Assembly (NCBI GenBank): GCA_018985225.1
Contig: JADGIF010000027.1
Span: 1,832-33,831, forward strand
Source of the DNA: Amoeboradix gromovi X-113
Lineage: Eukaryota > Fungi > Sanchytriomycota
Length of the DNA: 32,000 bases
Direction of reading: 5' to 3'
The position numbers and the translations under genes are program-made. Below the pieces are notes generated by a model. It was given only the letters and a program-made list of their open reading frames with translations, did no database searches and was not told the DNA's origin. This document shows, one piece after another, positions 1 through 11,016 of this stretch. The stretch's first letter is position 1. The number at the start of each line of letters is the position of its first letter.

Positions 1-1257
1 CTCTTTGCATAATTCCACAAAATAGTCTACATCCTCATCCTGAGGTGGTATCTTGGATATAAAGGACTGCTTGATATACATTGGCCTACTTGCATCTCCC
101 TTGCAAACATACTTCAAAGTCGTTCTGTTGTATTTTAGCAAGCTTGACGGAACTGGTTGAAATTGCTCCGTGTGATATGGTGGAGTATCTCTACTCATGT
201 CAACTACCAATCCAATGTTTTTGAAGTTTTGAAAAAGCAACGATGGGTTATGCTCGTCATCAATTTCCCTTAAAATCTTCATTGCTCTAAATAACGATGA
301 GCCAATACATTTGGATACGCCTTGGATGGCTCTCCACTTTTTAAAGTTTTTCAAGGCATAGGGATCATCCATTTTGAATTCTTTGCTTTGGCTAGGAGGA
401 TTTACTAAAATTTTTAAATGTTGGAAAAAATGAGTTATCTGCCCTACAGTATTATATACGTCTTCACTCATCGGATTGTGCGCACAAGAGATAGACACCA
501 CTGGAAATGGATGTGTCGACTTTGATAAAGATATACTTTTGGCTAGTTGGCGAGTATACAAATATTTACAGTTTATAAGAGTGTTGAAGACACTAATCGT
601 AGAAGGAATTGGAGTTATTTTGTCATATTCGCCAACTATCAGTTGTACCGGCACGTTTATACTTTTGAAATCAGACTCTGATGGCCATTTCATTTCATTA
701 ATTAATCCAAGTAATGTTGTAGTTTTTGATTCTTTATTCCATTTCAACTGTTTCTGTCGAATAGCAGCACTTGCAGCTGGATAGAATATATATTGTCTGA
801 CTGATTGTGAATATATACCTCCAATTCGATGATATCTTCTCCATAAGTTTATTAGCCAAATTGGAGTGCTTGAAATCGCCTTCATCTTGTTTGGATCATA
901 GCTCAATTTAGCTCCTATCCATATCATTCCCTTGACGTGCTCTTTGATCTCATGGTACATGTAGACAGCGATTCCGACTCCCATTGAATGTGCAATGAAA
1001 ACATATGACTTATCCCTTGGTAACAATTTACAATACTGCTTTGCTATTTCTTTTAAGTCCCAACTGCTTGCGTCGTCACTTTGACCATGACCATACAAAT
1101 CTACAGATATCACATGAAATGTATTACTCAAGTAATTATATATTGGTTTGAATTGTTCGCTCTGTCCTCCCATCCCATGTATGAATGCTATGCATATCCT
1201 GTTCGTATTAACCTTCTCATAAACTGTCACCACTCCATTTTCCGTATTTACTTTCAT
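1..1257 (-). CDS. Alpha/beta-hydrolase domain fused to a dual-specificity/tyrosine phosphatase-like domain (3' end runs off the window)
   Basis: Missing from the ORF track because no stop lies in the window. My translation is open from ATG 1257 to position 1. It shows FIHGMGG (oxyanion loop), VDLYGHGQS, IAHSMG (nucleophile elbow), VGEYDKITP and AHNPM. It continues ALKNFKKW...LFRAMKILREIDDEHNP...VVDMSRDTPPY...ISKIPPQDEDVDYFV, which I recall from the fungal hydrolase-DSP fusion family. The HCxxGxxR loop would lie beyond the window. Confidence 0.8.
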   Translation of the reverse strand, partial: MKVNTENGVVTVYEKVNTNRICIAFIHGMGGQSEQFKPIYNYLSNTFHVISVDLYGHGQSDDASSWDLKEIAKQYCKLLPRDKSYVFIAHSMGVGIAVYMYHEIKEHVKGMIWIGAKLSYDPNKMKAISSTPIWLINLWRRYHRIGGIYSQSVRQYIFYPAASAAIRQKQLKWNKESKTTTLLGLINEMKWPSESDFKSINVPVQLIVGEYDKITPIPSTISVFNTLINCKYLYTRQLAKSISLSKSTHPFPVVSISCAHNPMSEDVYNTVGQITHFFQHLKILVNPPSQSKEFKMDDPYALKNFKKWRAIQGVSKCIGSSLFRAMKILREIDDEHNPSLLFQNFKNIGLVVDMSRDTPPYHTEQFQPVPSSLLKYNRTTLKYVCKGDASRPMYIKQSFISKIPPQDEDVDYFVELCKE

Positions 1258-1581
1258 TTTCGAAAAGGGAGATTTCAGATGAGAATTATTGAAATTGCAA
1301 TTGCGACACACTCTGCAAAAAACATGACCACATTAAACAAATGTGTCAAGTAGATCAAAACCTGTAAATGTATCCGATATTTCAGCATACACGGTAAAGC
1401 AGTAGTTCTGTACCAATTCTTTTTTCTCGTCTTTAGCTCAATAATCGGCAAACTGTTGAATTTCAACCTAGCGCATACACTGGTTTTCTGTTCGAGAAAA
1501 TTTAGTGGTATTTTCTCTTTTGTTTTTAATCGCCGCAAGTATAGCAAAGAATTGTGTAATCGTATACTTGATTTATTCATT

Positions 1582-3345
1582 CTATACAAATTTTGTATAC
1601 TCTTTTAACCATTCTCTTGCATCTCCCTCCAATCTGGGCAATAAAACTTCTAAACATCGTTGTTGATACTCGTTGAACCACTTCTTTTCGCTAACTGTTA
1701 ATAATTCAATATTCACTAATCTTTGCTCTAATGGAAAAACAGTTACGTTCTCAAATCCCAGCCATTCACTCTGTGGCTTCTTGTATCCATCTACTTTGCA
1801 AATTAGCAATATGTTCTCAATTCTTATTCCAAACTCCTTTGGCTCATAGTAACCAGGCTCATTAGTTATAGTCATTCCCTCTTTTAATTCATAAAGATCA
1901 AACTGTTTTCTGAATCCTATACCATGAGGTCCCTCGTGCACGCATAAGTAATGTCCCACACCATGTCCAGTCCCGTGCTGATAGTCTAAACCTACCTTCC
2001 ACAAGTGCTGTCTAGCCAAAGCATCCACCTGATAGCCAGTTGTACCTTTAGGAAACTTGATTTGATCTATGCTGATATGTCCTTGCAGCACTCGAGTATA
2101 ACACTCTTTGAGAAATTCTGTTGGCTTCTCACTACCAAGCCAGACGGTACGAGTGATGTCTGTAGTACCATCCGAGTACTGCCCACCACTGTCAACCAGT
2201 AGGCAGCCATCTACTATTACAGCGCTGTTAACAGAATCAGGTTTATAATGAATAATGGCCCCATTTCCCTTCATTCCAATAATCGAGTCAAATGATTCGC
2301 CTTTAAACATCGATTGCTGGGCTCTAAAATCTTTTAATCTTATGCTGGCATCATACTCTGTAATTTTATTTGATTTATAATGAGTAGATAGCCAGTGGAA
2401 AAACTTAGACAACGCCACGGCATCCCTAATATGACATTGTCTAAAGCCATTCATTTCTTCATTGGTTTTGATAGATTTTAACATATAGGCAACAGATCTA
2501 TCCTGAATTAGAGGGCTAGAACAAGAAGAAACAATTTTAGTGTTACAGCGTGAATCAACAATTATAGGGCCATTGATTGACTTTAACAGATCTGCAACTA
2601 GATTGGAATCATACTTATGAATGTCCAAGTGCAATCCATTTAAATACTCCATCACTTCTCCAGACAACTTGGAAGAATCGATGAATAGATGAGATTTGCT
2701 ACTCTCCACAACAAGATAAGAAAAAAAGACTGGATTAAATGGGACATCGCTGCCGCGCAAGTTAAGTATGTAAGCTATGTCATCAAGCATGCCAAACACA
2801 GCCGCGGATGCCTTTTTATTGGCAAGTTCTGCGACAATTGACTTGAATTTAGACGAACTGCTTCTGCCTGTATTATCTAACAAACTTAGTTTATATTTGT
2901 TACCAGTAGGTCGAAGAGGTCGATCAGTCCAAATTTCATCAACGAGATTTTCAGATAAAACCAAGGACAATGGAAGCAAAGACTTCTTCAGTTCTAAATA
3001 TTCTGCATATGGAATTGTTTCGGGATCAATGGCGACAGATCCTTGAGGTACCTTTTCTTTTAACCATTCTTCTTTTGACATACATCCTGGGGTACCGGAT
3101 TTCATCAGAGTAAATTCAGATGGCAACTGAGATTCAGCTTGTAGAAAATAGCGACCATCTGTCCACAGAGCAGCTTCATTTACTGTGATAATTGCTAAAC
3201 CAGCACTCCCTGAAAACTTGCTGATAAAAGAGCGACGGGCATCACATGGATGCACATATTCACTAAAATGAGCATCTTCAGAGGGCACAATAAACGCGCC
3301 TAAATTCTTTTTGACGAGTAGCTGACGAAGCGCACTAATTGACAT
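1582..3345 (-). CDS. Xaa-Pro aminopeptidase (aminopeptidase P, M24B; XPNPEP1/Fra1-like)
   Basis: Motifs DAHFSEY, WTDGRYFLQA, DSGGQYSDGTTDITRT, HGTGHGVG, VHEGP and EPGYY...GIRIEN. First ATG at 3345 (the track starts at the TTG one codon earlier). Confidence 0.96.
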   Translation of the reverse strand: MSISALRQLLVKKNLGAFIVPSEDAHFSEYVHPCDARRSFISKFSGSAGLAIITVNEAALWTDGRYFLQAESQLPSEFTLMKSGTPGCMSKEEWLKEKVPQGSVAIDPETIPYAEYLELKKSLLPLSLVLSENLVDEIWTDRPLRPTGNKYKLSLLDNTGRSSSSKFKSIVAELANKKASAAVFGMLDDIAYILNLRGSDVPFNPVFFSYLVVESSKSHLFIDSSKLSGEVMEYLNGLHLDIHKYDSNLVADLLKSINGPIIVDSRCNTKIVSSCSSPLIQDRSVAYMLKSIKTNEEMNGFRQCHIRDAVALSKFFHWLSTHYKSNKITEYDASIRLKDFRAQQSMFKGESFDSIIGMKGNGAIIHYKPDSVNSAVIVDGCLLVDSGGQYSDGTTDITRTVWLGSEKPTEFLKECYTRVLQGHISIDQIKFPKGTTGYQVDALARQHLWKVGLDYQHGTGHGVGHYLCVHEGPHGIGFRKQFDLYELKEGMTITNEPGYYEPKEFGIRIENILLICKVDGYKKPQSEWLGFENVTVFPLEQRLVNIELLTVSEKKWFNEYQQRCLEVLLPRLEGDAREWLKEYTKFV

Positions 3346-3560
3346 CAAGGAGAATCAGCAAGTTTTGCTTCTATTGCCAAGGCTGAAAAATACTAATCTG
3401 TAGCAATTTTGGAAGAAACAAGGAAATCACCAAGGCTCGTTATTTCGACACCATGTATACAGACTTAGCAGTGAATTCTATAAAATGGCATCCCAAGAAG
3501 CTATTCAAAAATCCGATCCGTCAAAAAGAAAGACTGACTATTACATTAGGTTTATTAAAT

Positions 3561-4763
3561 CTAATAGCTTAATGGTCTTGCATCCATTGCTGTAGAAGTG
3601 TCAGGATCACTGCTTTCCAATTCCATGCCATCATCCGTAGAACCCATTTGTGCACTAGGAACATGCTCGAGATCCTTCAGATGTTGCAACACTTTTGCTT
3701 TAATGTCATCCAGGTCTTTCAATGAATTTAGGTTTTGTAAGTCAGCCACGGGTAATACTTGCAATAAACCATCGCTATAATAAGCGTTGTAATCAGTATC
3801 AGGTAGGGTTGGATCTAGCTGAACGCCACAAGCTATGGAAGTCTCGTAACACCATGCCTTGCTTACGTTGCTAACTGTGTATCCGCCGCCTCCTGTTAGA
3901 ATCATTGGCAAGTTGAATGACTTCATATACTCAACACAGGCACCATGACCTTTCATTGAGATGTTAAACCTACCAAGTCTATCACCCGCTAGCGAATCAG
4001 CACCACATTGCATGAATATCGCAGTAGGGTTAAACCATTGCATTACCTGATCCATTATGGGTTTGAAAATATACTCGTATGAATCATCATCTATTCCCTC
4101 TTTTAACGGTACATTAACAGCATATCCTTTACCAGGTCCTGTACCCGTATCACGATAGTGGCCTGTACCGGGAAAGAATTCACCATATCGATGAAAACTG
4201 ACTGTACAAACTCTGTTGGTAGCGTAGAACGCTTCTTCAACTCCATCTCCATGATGGATATCAATATCTAAATAGAGAACACGTTTGTGAGTTTTCAGCA
4301 GCTCACAAATACCTAAAACAATGTCGTTGGTATAACAAAACCCGTTGGCCTGATTGGCTTTAGCATGATGCAGACCGCCTCCCCAATGTATTACAGTATC
4401 ATACTTCTTTAGAAGATTAGCAGCATCCAAACTACCGCCACTAGATAAGCAGCAAAAATCATATACATTTGCAAACATTGGGCAGTCACTGGTAGTATAC
4501 TTTGATATGTCTCTACCATGCTTAGCTTGTTGTTGGCCTACCTTTCGAAGGAAATGAATGTAATCGTAAGTGTGGAACTTTGTTAACTCTCTTAATTTTG
4601 CAGGTTGAATTTCAAAACAGTCCATGTGGTTGAACAGTCCATACGACAACACCAAGTTGTGTGCCATTCTTATTCTGCTTGGCTTCATAGGATGAGATAC
4701 ATCGTAATAATGGTTCGGAAGATCAGAATGGTAAAGATATGCAACACTAGATTTTTGCGACAT
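3561..4763 (-). CDS. RPD3: Class I histone deacetylase (Rpd3/HDAC1-like)
   Basis: HPMKP, GGLHHAK...GFCY, DIDIHHGDGVEEAFY, QCGADSLAGDRLG and GGGGY motifs are all intact. The specific paralog is not resolved. Confidence 0.93.
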   Translation of the reverse strand: MSQKSSVAYLYHSDLPNHYYDVSHPMKPSRIRMAHNLVLSYGLFNHMDCFEIQPAKLRELTKFHTYDYIHFLRKVGQQQAKHGRDISKYTTSDCPMFANVYDFCCLSSGGSLDAANLLKKYDTVIHWGGGLHHAKANQANGFCYTNDIVLGICELLKTHKRVLYLDIDIHHGDGVEEAFYATNRVCTVSFHRYGEFFPGTGHYRDTGTGPGKGYAVNVPLKEGIDDDSYEYIFKPIMDQVMQWFNPTAIFMQCGADSLAGDRLGRFNISMKGHGACVEYMKSFNLPMILTGGGGYTVSNVSKAWCYETSIACGVQLDPTLPDTDYNAYYSDGLLQVLPVADLQNLNSLKDLDDIKAKVLQHLKDLEHVPSAQMGSTDDGMELESSDPDTSTAMDARPLSY

Positions 4764-4790
4764 GTTTTATTTAATTGCTCCTTGTAATCA

Positions 4791-4937
4791 CTATTTACTT
4801 AATTTTTTACGTAAGTCCGCTTCGAATGACACGCCTGTGTTTAGTTTAATCTTCAGCTTCCGCTTAGCCGGCTTACCCTTCCTGCTGTATGGTATTTTTG
4901 CCGATGCCTTTTTCTGTAGCTTACTTCCTTGTGACAT
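4791..4937 (-). CDS. Small basic protein (48 aa), possibly UPF0390/C19orf53-like
   Basis: MSQGSKLQKK...RKGKPAKRKLKIKLNTGVSFEADL is Lys-rich and resembles the M(A/S)QG...KG...KL..G...E pattern I recall for that family. It fits the gap between the HDAC and LRR genes. The family call is tentative. Confidence 0.45.
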   Translation of the reverse strand: MSQGSKLQKKASAKIPYSRKGKPAKRKLKIKLNTGVSFEADLRKKLSK

Positions 4938-5186
4938 CCCAGTTTTCTCCCAATGAAAAGTCGAGATTACTAGAACATTGGGAATTTTCACAGTTTACCT
5001 GGAAATACCAGTTGGTCTGTTGCGTTGATTGCTCGCGTTTCCACAACCTTGCAATTAGAAGTTCTATAAAGAGAGTATATTAAGCGCTAGTTTTGATGTA
5101 AGCACTATAAATGGTTTATTCATTTAAAACTAACGGTTTGATATGAAGAGAGTCTCATAGCTTGTGTGTTTAATTAACAGCTGTAG

Positions 5187-8100
5187 TTATTTCAAGGAAG
5201 CCTCTACTCTAACTTTCGATGATGTACTACTTCCAGCACTGGTTCTCTTCACTCTTGTTGCAGAGGAAGGTGCTCTAAGACCATCTTGTATCGTTGGTTT
5301 AGATATGCTTCTTTCACTAGGCGCACTTAGAAGCACCTCATTCAGATCCACCTCTTGGTCAGATACAGGAGTTATTGCAATAATCTTCTTCTTCTTTTGC
5401 AGTTCGTTTTCATCGACTGCAGTTTTCCTTATCTTGTCTCTATTTATTCCATCGTCACTGTCTCCATATTCCACTACTTTCTTTGATTTCTTATCATAAT
5501 TATTTAAATCTTTTACCACTTGCCATACAGCAACAAAACACAAAACACAAGTTGTTCCGATGACTGTATCAGTCAATATTTCCTGATAATGTATATTACC
5601 CTTGTAGTTAGTAAGTAGCAACACGTAAAACATTATTCCACAACTTAGGGTTATAATCGAACATACTTGACAAAAAACCGCAATAACAGTGTATTGCCTT
5701 TTTAAATATGGTTTGCTATGAATCAAGAATCCCAAGTATGTGAATATTAGCAGCATTACTAATATAGCTTGCAAAATAATTACATCATTCAGAAATGCTT
5801 GACAACAAACAATAAGGCATTTTAAAATCAAGTGAATGGCGATAATGTACTGTCCCTGGTCATTAAAATCTGAGAATTTTGTGTATAACCATGCGGTACC
5901 AATCTTTTTCAGATGTTTGTGCTTTGATTGATGCTTTGCCCAATAAAGCAAAGAGAAGTAAGCAGGTATTCCAACCACATAGACAAGTACACCAAGCACG
6001 AAGCTGGAAGACTGATCTTTGTATCCTACCGATCTGCACGATATTCCTATGGATCTTACCATTACAGTGTCGGTTCCAAATTCTTTGCAGCTGAAGTACC
6101 CTAAAATCCAGGAACATAAACTGAGATAAATGATTTGCAAGAACAAATGGAATATGGCCAGACCAGTGTACAAGTATGCCCCTATTTTCCTAAGTAGACC
6201 TATATCATTTGCATGACGAAGCCAGTCAACCACTGCAGCTCCAGCCATAAAAACTATGATGCAGAGTAAAAATATAGGCGGGATTGCCATCATTGCCTTT
6301 GCCTTTGTAAAATAGTTGATGTTGGGATCCACGCACTCTGGTTGAGCCAACTCAAGATTAAAACTAAATATACTCAGATAACTAAAGAACTCAATGACTT
6401 GATCACTCCAACTTAGAAGCAAGTTCTTGTAAATGTAAAGCAACTGAAAGTATTGAAATAGTATACTGAACACGATCAATAGTGAACCATATCTAAGTTT
6501 CAAAAATAGCAGCAATACCACAATTAATATCGCCGCTATTGCAACTAAGGCTATCTTTTCAACCGTGAAACTACCTACACATTTAACACAATCAAGACCC
6601 TTTTTATAGTAACCTGCATCACAAATTCCACAGTTTGGTTCTTTATACCCCTCACTACAAGTACTTGCAGCTAAACATGCTTTTGATGGCATGCATGGCA
6701 CAAATTCCAATACCCCACTCACATTTGACATGTGATAACCATCATTGTTTATGGGTATATTTCCGTTGTTAAAACAGGTGGCACCATCAGGACATTGTGC
6801 ACAAATTTCGTATTTGTTCCCTTTATTTATTGCATTGAAGACATTTAAGACTTTAGCTGCTCCACAAGTATAGTTTAAACGAATGCTTGATTTCACAAAT
6901 GTGCTATCGGTGATCAAATCCAGTTTAACATGAGGGTAATTTAATGTTTCAACTTGCCATGGTGTGTCGATTGCGGAAGTAACAAGAATATCAATTTTGT
7001 CATCAGATGGATACCAGGACTTATTGTATACTCCAATGGTGTTTATAGAGACAGCTCTCACTTCTATGTTGCTTGATTTATCTCTCTGCTGCAAAGTACC
7101 ATACAGTTCAGACTGGATATAAGAACTGTATATTGGGTTACTAAAATTAACGTTAACCTGGCTAGCCAAATCTGCAAATATTGCATTCGTAGTGTACTTG
7201 CCGTTGTCTTTTAATTCGTGGTTATTCGTCAATAATTGCAGCAGTTCCCTTGTAAGCACTGATAAAGTAAATACGTCTTCACTCAATATTATGCTAACTG
7301 TAGGATTTGCATCAAACACAGGCATATTGTAAACATTTAGTCTAATAAAGCCAGGGATCATAGAGCTGTTAACTGTGAGATAATAGTTAATGTTTGAATC
7401 AACCCAGCTGTTGGCGCTATCGTATAGAGGGGAAACACTTATTATTGCATCTTTATTCATATCTTTCAGTTCGGCAGAAGTATTGCTACTAAAAAACGGT
7501 TTAACATCATCAAATGGTAGAATTGTCCATTTATCCGCATTACCCATTTTGCTTTTAATATCTAGTGGTAGTGAGAATGAATGTCGAATGGTATTTGGAT
7601 AAGAATAGTAAATAAAAGGATTAATTGGGTGTACGATTGGACCAACGGTTCCAAGTGTATATATTGACATAACAGCGTTAGCGTTTATAGGTGGATTAGA
7701 AACAGTACTAAATTGTATTTCAACTCTGTTAGCAGATGGGCCAGTAGCTATCCAAGCTGTATTCTCTATCTTGTAACCAACAAATGGGCTGCACAAGGGA
7801 TCATCACCAATTAATGACTTGCCCAAAACTATGATTTTATCATAGCTAAAGTATGCTGTGTTTATAGAAGCGTAGTTATTGCAAATCTTTTTACAAGGAG
7901 TGAAATACTTGTTTTCTTCAATATTAATTAAATTAAAACTAACATCGCATGTACCACCTGCAGCCAGTTGTATTGTACCAGCTGAGCCTGTTGCACTGCT
8001 TATGTTATTGTGAGATATGTCTATCACATCATATCTTTTAGAAGTAGCTAAATATATGGCAGTAAATTGATTAAATTGCAGATACAGTGAGACAAGGCTC

Positions 8101-10814
8101 TTTAATGATGTCAAGCTTGGTGGAAATTGGCCAGATATATTATTGAATGATAAATCAAGATACTGAAGAGTAGAGCTACCAGACAGTAGCTTACCTATAT
8201 TATTCTGTTGTATGTTATTATGGCTGGCATCAAAATATACAACACCTCGACCAGGATTACTAACTGCTGCAGTGTTCAAATTAAAGCTTACAAACTTGTT
8301 GTAACTTATATCAATGTATACGTCATCATGGTCAAACTGTTGAATTACCGGCACGTCACCCTTTATGTTGTTATGGGCAACTGTCAAGTTTTTCAGAGTT
8401 TTGGGAATCTTAATATTCAGCCCAATGTTACCAAATGAATCGTAAATGTAATCAAACTGGTTATAAGACGCATGGATCTCAACTATCTGGTGCATGTAGA
8501 GATTTCCAGAAATTTGATTATTTTCAATATTTAAAAAAGTCAGCTTTTCAGGGGCTGCATCTTGCGTGATTGGCAGTGGAAATACAGTTATGTTATTATG
8601 AGATAGGTCAAGACTCATCAATTTATTCAGTGAGTTCCAGTTCTGAGCAGTTCCTGCATCATTGTTATATAAACCTTTTCCTGAAAAATCGATACTTTTT
8701 ATTTTGTTGTCGTCATCACATCCAATTTCCGACTTGCTGCAGCAGACACCTAAGAGTAAATCGGGACTGTAATTGTATTTTAAAATGTTTTTTAAGGTTG
8801 CGCAATCATCATTAGTTGGTTGACAGTTATAATCGTTTAGGTTGATTAAGCTAGTTAAGTTGAAGTGGTTGTCATCTATGTTACAAATCCCAATATAATA
8901 CCCTGCTGACGAGGAAGTGAAGTTGATAAACAGATTGTTCTTTAAAACCATTGATTCAATGGCTGTCGACTGCAGCACAAGATCAGGTCCCAAAACGTTG
9001 TTAGAAACATTTAGTGATTTAATGTTCTGAGGTACAACTAGACTTTCTGTAAACATGTTATGCGATGCATCCAACGATTGAACAGACGACGGAATGTTGA
9101 TCTCACCTTTAAACTGGTTATTTGATATATTTATTTCTCGTAAATCTTTAGCTAATTCTGTGACTTGGTCAAATGAACTATCAATAATGTTATTTTGAAT
9201 GTAAAGCACATTCAATGACATAGGAAGTTTAGGAAATCTTGTTAGACTATTGTAAGACAAATCAAGGTAAGTCAAATTGCCCAATGAATCCCAATCCATT
9301 GTGTATGGATTGTTAGCTTGCTCCGTATTAGGACTTCTCAAGCTGCTGCTATTCACTGTTACTCTAATTATATTTTTATTGGTACTGCACTTCATTGTGG
9401 TCGATCCCGAACTACAGCACTGATCTATTGACCATACGTTGTTGTAATTTGACATGATTTTTGAAAACATCTTGCAGTCGTTTTCTTTTGAAAACTGACA
9501 ACCAATTGTTTTCAACTGCTCCAGAGCATCATTTTTAAATGGATTTACATCTATAACACAGGTACCAAGAGTTCTAAGTAGCATGTGGTTTGTGTAATCC
9601 TCAAATTTGTTATTTTCTATAATCAAAATTCTTAGTGAACCTTGCGAAATTGTCAAGGCAGGCCCAAATTGGTTATTAGAAACATCTATTGTTTCAATAT
9701 TGGTTGCAGTATTGAAATCACCCGTAAACTGATTACTTGACAAATTTAGATAATTCAGAGGTTGTGGCCACCAGGTCTCTGAGTCGAACGAAGTTGCAAT
9801 GGAATTATTTGATAGGTTTAAGGTCTCGAGAGCTAAAGGAAGCTGAGGAAATTCTGTAATTTGGTTATTTGACAAGTCCAAGTCTGTTAGACTGGTCAAG
9901 AGCTGCCAATCCGCAAGGAATACCTTTTCATGCACATTTTTCAAATCATAGTTTGGCAAATGTATTTTCTTAATTCTGTATTTTGAATCACAACCTACAG
10001 CTTCAGAATAAGATTGATCGCAACAATTCTGATAATTGACCGTACTATTATAGTTGGCTAAAATGTTGTTCAAAATCATACAATCTGGAACAAAGAGTAT
10101 CGTTTTATTACAAGAAAACATCCTAAGGCTGCTTAAGCTGTTATCAGAAAATTGGTTATACTCAATATCACAATCGTCAATTCCATATGGCAAAGTGGAG
10201 TACTTCACACTAGTAAATTGGTTATATCGTATATGCATAACACTTAAGATTGTCGAGCCGATCGTGAGAGAGCCAGAAAATTCGTTGTCTGAAATATCCA
10301 AAAATCTAATTGAATTCGTAATGGAGAAATTTCCGGAAAACTTGTTGTTTGAAAGATTCAAATTAGTTAAAAATCGAAGGTAGCTAAATACATTCGCATT
10401 TCCGTTGAATTGATTCATTGACAAATCTAATTCATAAAGACTGTATGGTAAAACTAAGGGAGCATTTACAAAACCGTTGTTTCTCAGTATTAGTTTTAGA
10501 AGGCTTGGCGAGTGCATATCGATAATCCATGTCTCAGGCGAATTAATGTTGCTATTCGTTATTGAGAGCGACAGTAAACTAGTGAGACTTTCAAACTCTT
10601 TTAGGCTGAAGCCAGTAGCATCAAATTTAAAGCCATCCCATGTTATATCTGTAATTCTAGATAAACCGTCACATTTAAAGTACTGTGAATAACCGCAGCA
10701 CTCTAAGTTCGTGTCCCACATGATATCTGAAATACTCATATTAGTCGCAATTTTATTTGCGAAGGTACAATCCTCACTTAATGAATATGTTATAAACAGC
10801 AGAAGCACATTCAT
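5187..10814 (-). CDS. Large receptor-like membrane protein: signal peptide, four Cys-capped LRR modules, stalk, Cys-rich region and multi-pass TM domain
   Basis: Uninterrupted 1875-aa ORF with a hydrophobic N-terminus and many LxxLDLSxNxFxG repeats. Four DCxxxxxI...CC...C...I..I caps, a CPDGATC/CSEGYKEPNCGICDAGYY Cys-rich segment, about 8 hydrophobic helices and a charged C-terminal tail. Confidence 0.9.
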   Translation of the reverse strand: MNVLLLFITYSLSEDCTFANKIATNMSISDIMWDTNLECCGYSQYFKCDGLSRITDITWDGFKFDATGFSLKEFESLTSLLSLSITNSNINSPETWIIDMHSPSLLKLILRNNGFVNAPLVLPYSLYELDLSMNQFNGNANVFSYLRFLTNLNLSNNKFSGNFSITNSIRFLDISDNEFSGSLTIGSTILSVMHIRYNQFTSVKYSTLPYGIDDCDIEYNQFSDNSLSSLRMFSCNKTILFVPDCMILNNILANYNSTVNYQNCCDQSYSEAVGCDSKYRIKKIHLPNYDLKNVHEKVFLADWQLLTSLTDLDLSNNQITEFPQLPLALETLNLSNNSIATSFDSETWWPQPLNYLNLSSNQFTGDFNTATNIETIDVSNNQFGPALTISQGSLRILIIENNKFEDYTNHMLLRTLGTCVIDVNPFKNDALEQLKTIGCQFSKENDCKMFSKIMSNYNNVWSIDQCCSSGSTTMKCSTNKNIIRVTVNSSSLRSPNTEQANNPYTMDWDSLGNLTYLDLSYNSLTRFPKLPMSLNVLYIQNNIIDSSFDQVTELAKDLREINISNNQFKGEINIPSSVQSLDASHNMFTESLVVPQNIKSLNVSNNVLGPDLVLQSTAIESMVLKNNLFINFTSSSAGYYIGICNIDDNHFNLTSLINLNDYNCQPTNDDCATLKNILKYNYSPDLLLGVCCSKSEIGCDDDNKIKSIDFSGKGLYNNDAGTAQNWNSLNKLMSLDLSHNNITVFPLPITQDAAPEKLTFLNIENNQISGNLYMHQIVEIHASYNQFDYIYDSFGNIGLNIKIPKTLKNLTVAHNNIKGDVPVIQQFDHDDVYIDISYNKFVSFNLNTAAVSNPGRGVVYFDASHNNIQQNNIGKLLSGSSTLQYLDLSFNNISGQFPPSLTSLKSLVSLYLQFNQFTAIYLATSKRYDVIDISHNNISSATGSAGTIQLAAGGTCDVSFNLINIEENKYFTPCKKICNNYASINTAYFSYDKIIVLGKSLIGDDPLCSPFVGYKIENTAWIATGPSANRVEIQFSTVSNPPINANAVMSIYTLGTVGPIVHPINPFIYYSYPNTIRHSFSLPLDIKSKMGNADKWTILPFDDVKPFFSSNTSAELKDMNKDAIISVSPLYDSANSWVDSNINYYLTVNSSMIPGFIRLNVYNMPVFDANPTVSIILSEDVFTLSVLTRELLQLLTNNHELKDNGKYTTNAIFADLASQVNVNFSNPIYSSYIQSELYGTLQQRDKSSNIEVRAVSINTIGVYNKSWYPSDDKIDILVTSAIDTPWQVETLNYPHVKLDLITDSTFVKSSIRLNYTCGAAKVLNVFNAINKGNKYEICAQCPDGATCFNNGNIPINNDGYHMSNVSGVLEFVPCMPSKACLAASTCSEGYKEPNCGICDAGYYKKGLDCVKCVGSFTVEKIALVAIAAILIVVLLLFLKLRYGSLLIVFSILFQYFQLLYIYKNLLLSWSDQVIEFFSYLSIFSFNLELAQPECVDPNINYFTKAKAMMAIPPIFLLCIIVFMAGAAVVDWLRHANDIGLLRKIGAYLYTGLAIFHLFLQIIYLSLCSWILGYFSCKEFGTDTVMVRSIGISCRSVGYKDQSSSFVLGVLVYVVGIPAYFSLLYWAKHQSKHKHLKKIGTAWLYTKFSDFNDQGQYIIAIHLILKCLIVCCQAFLNDVIILQAILVMLLIFTYLGFLIHSKPYLKRQYTVIAVFCQVCSIITLSCGIMFYVLLLTNYKGNIHYQEILTDTVIGTTCVLCFVAVWQVVKDLNNYDKKSKKVVEYGDSDDGINRDKIRKTAVDENELQKKKKIIAITPVSDQEVDLNEVLLSAPSERSISKPTIQDGLRAPSSATRVKRTSAGSSTSSKVRVEASLK

Positions 10815-11016
10815 GTTTTAGAAAGCCATGGTCTACCTTCGACATCCTATAAATAGGCCAATAATTGTAACAGGCTGAATCCGATATAATAAATCTACTT
10901 AGTTTAATTAAACTGCTTTTCTCTAGCTTACGTTGAACAGTTTGAGACGTTTAATACTAGTATCAATATTTGGCCAATTAAGAATTCCAATTTTCAGGTT
11001 TCCGACAATTGGGGAA

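Noticed and set aside
476-1589. Track ORFs 476..784, 1081..1353 and 1275..1589
   Set aside because: Two are antisense shadows of the hydrolase gene. The third has no ATG start or recognisable motif and overlaps the aminopeptidase stop.
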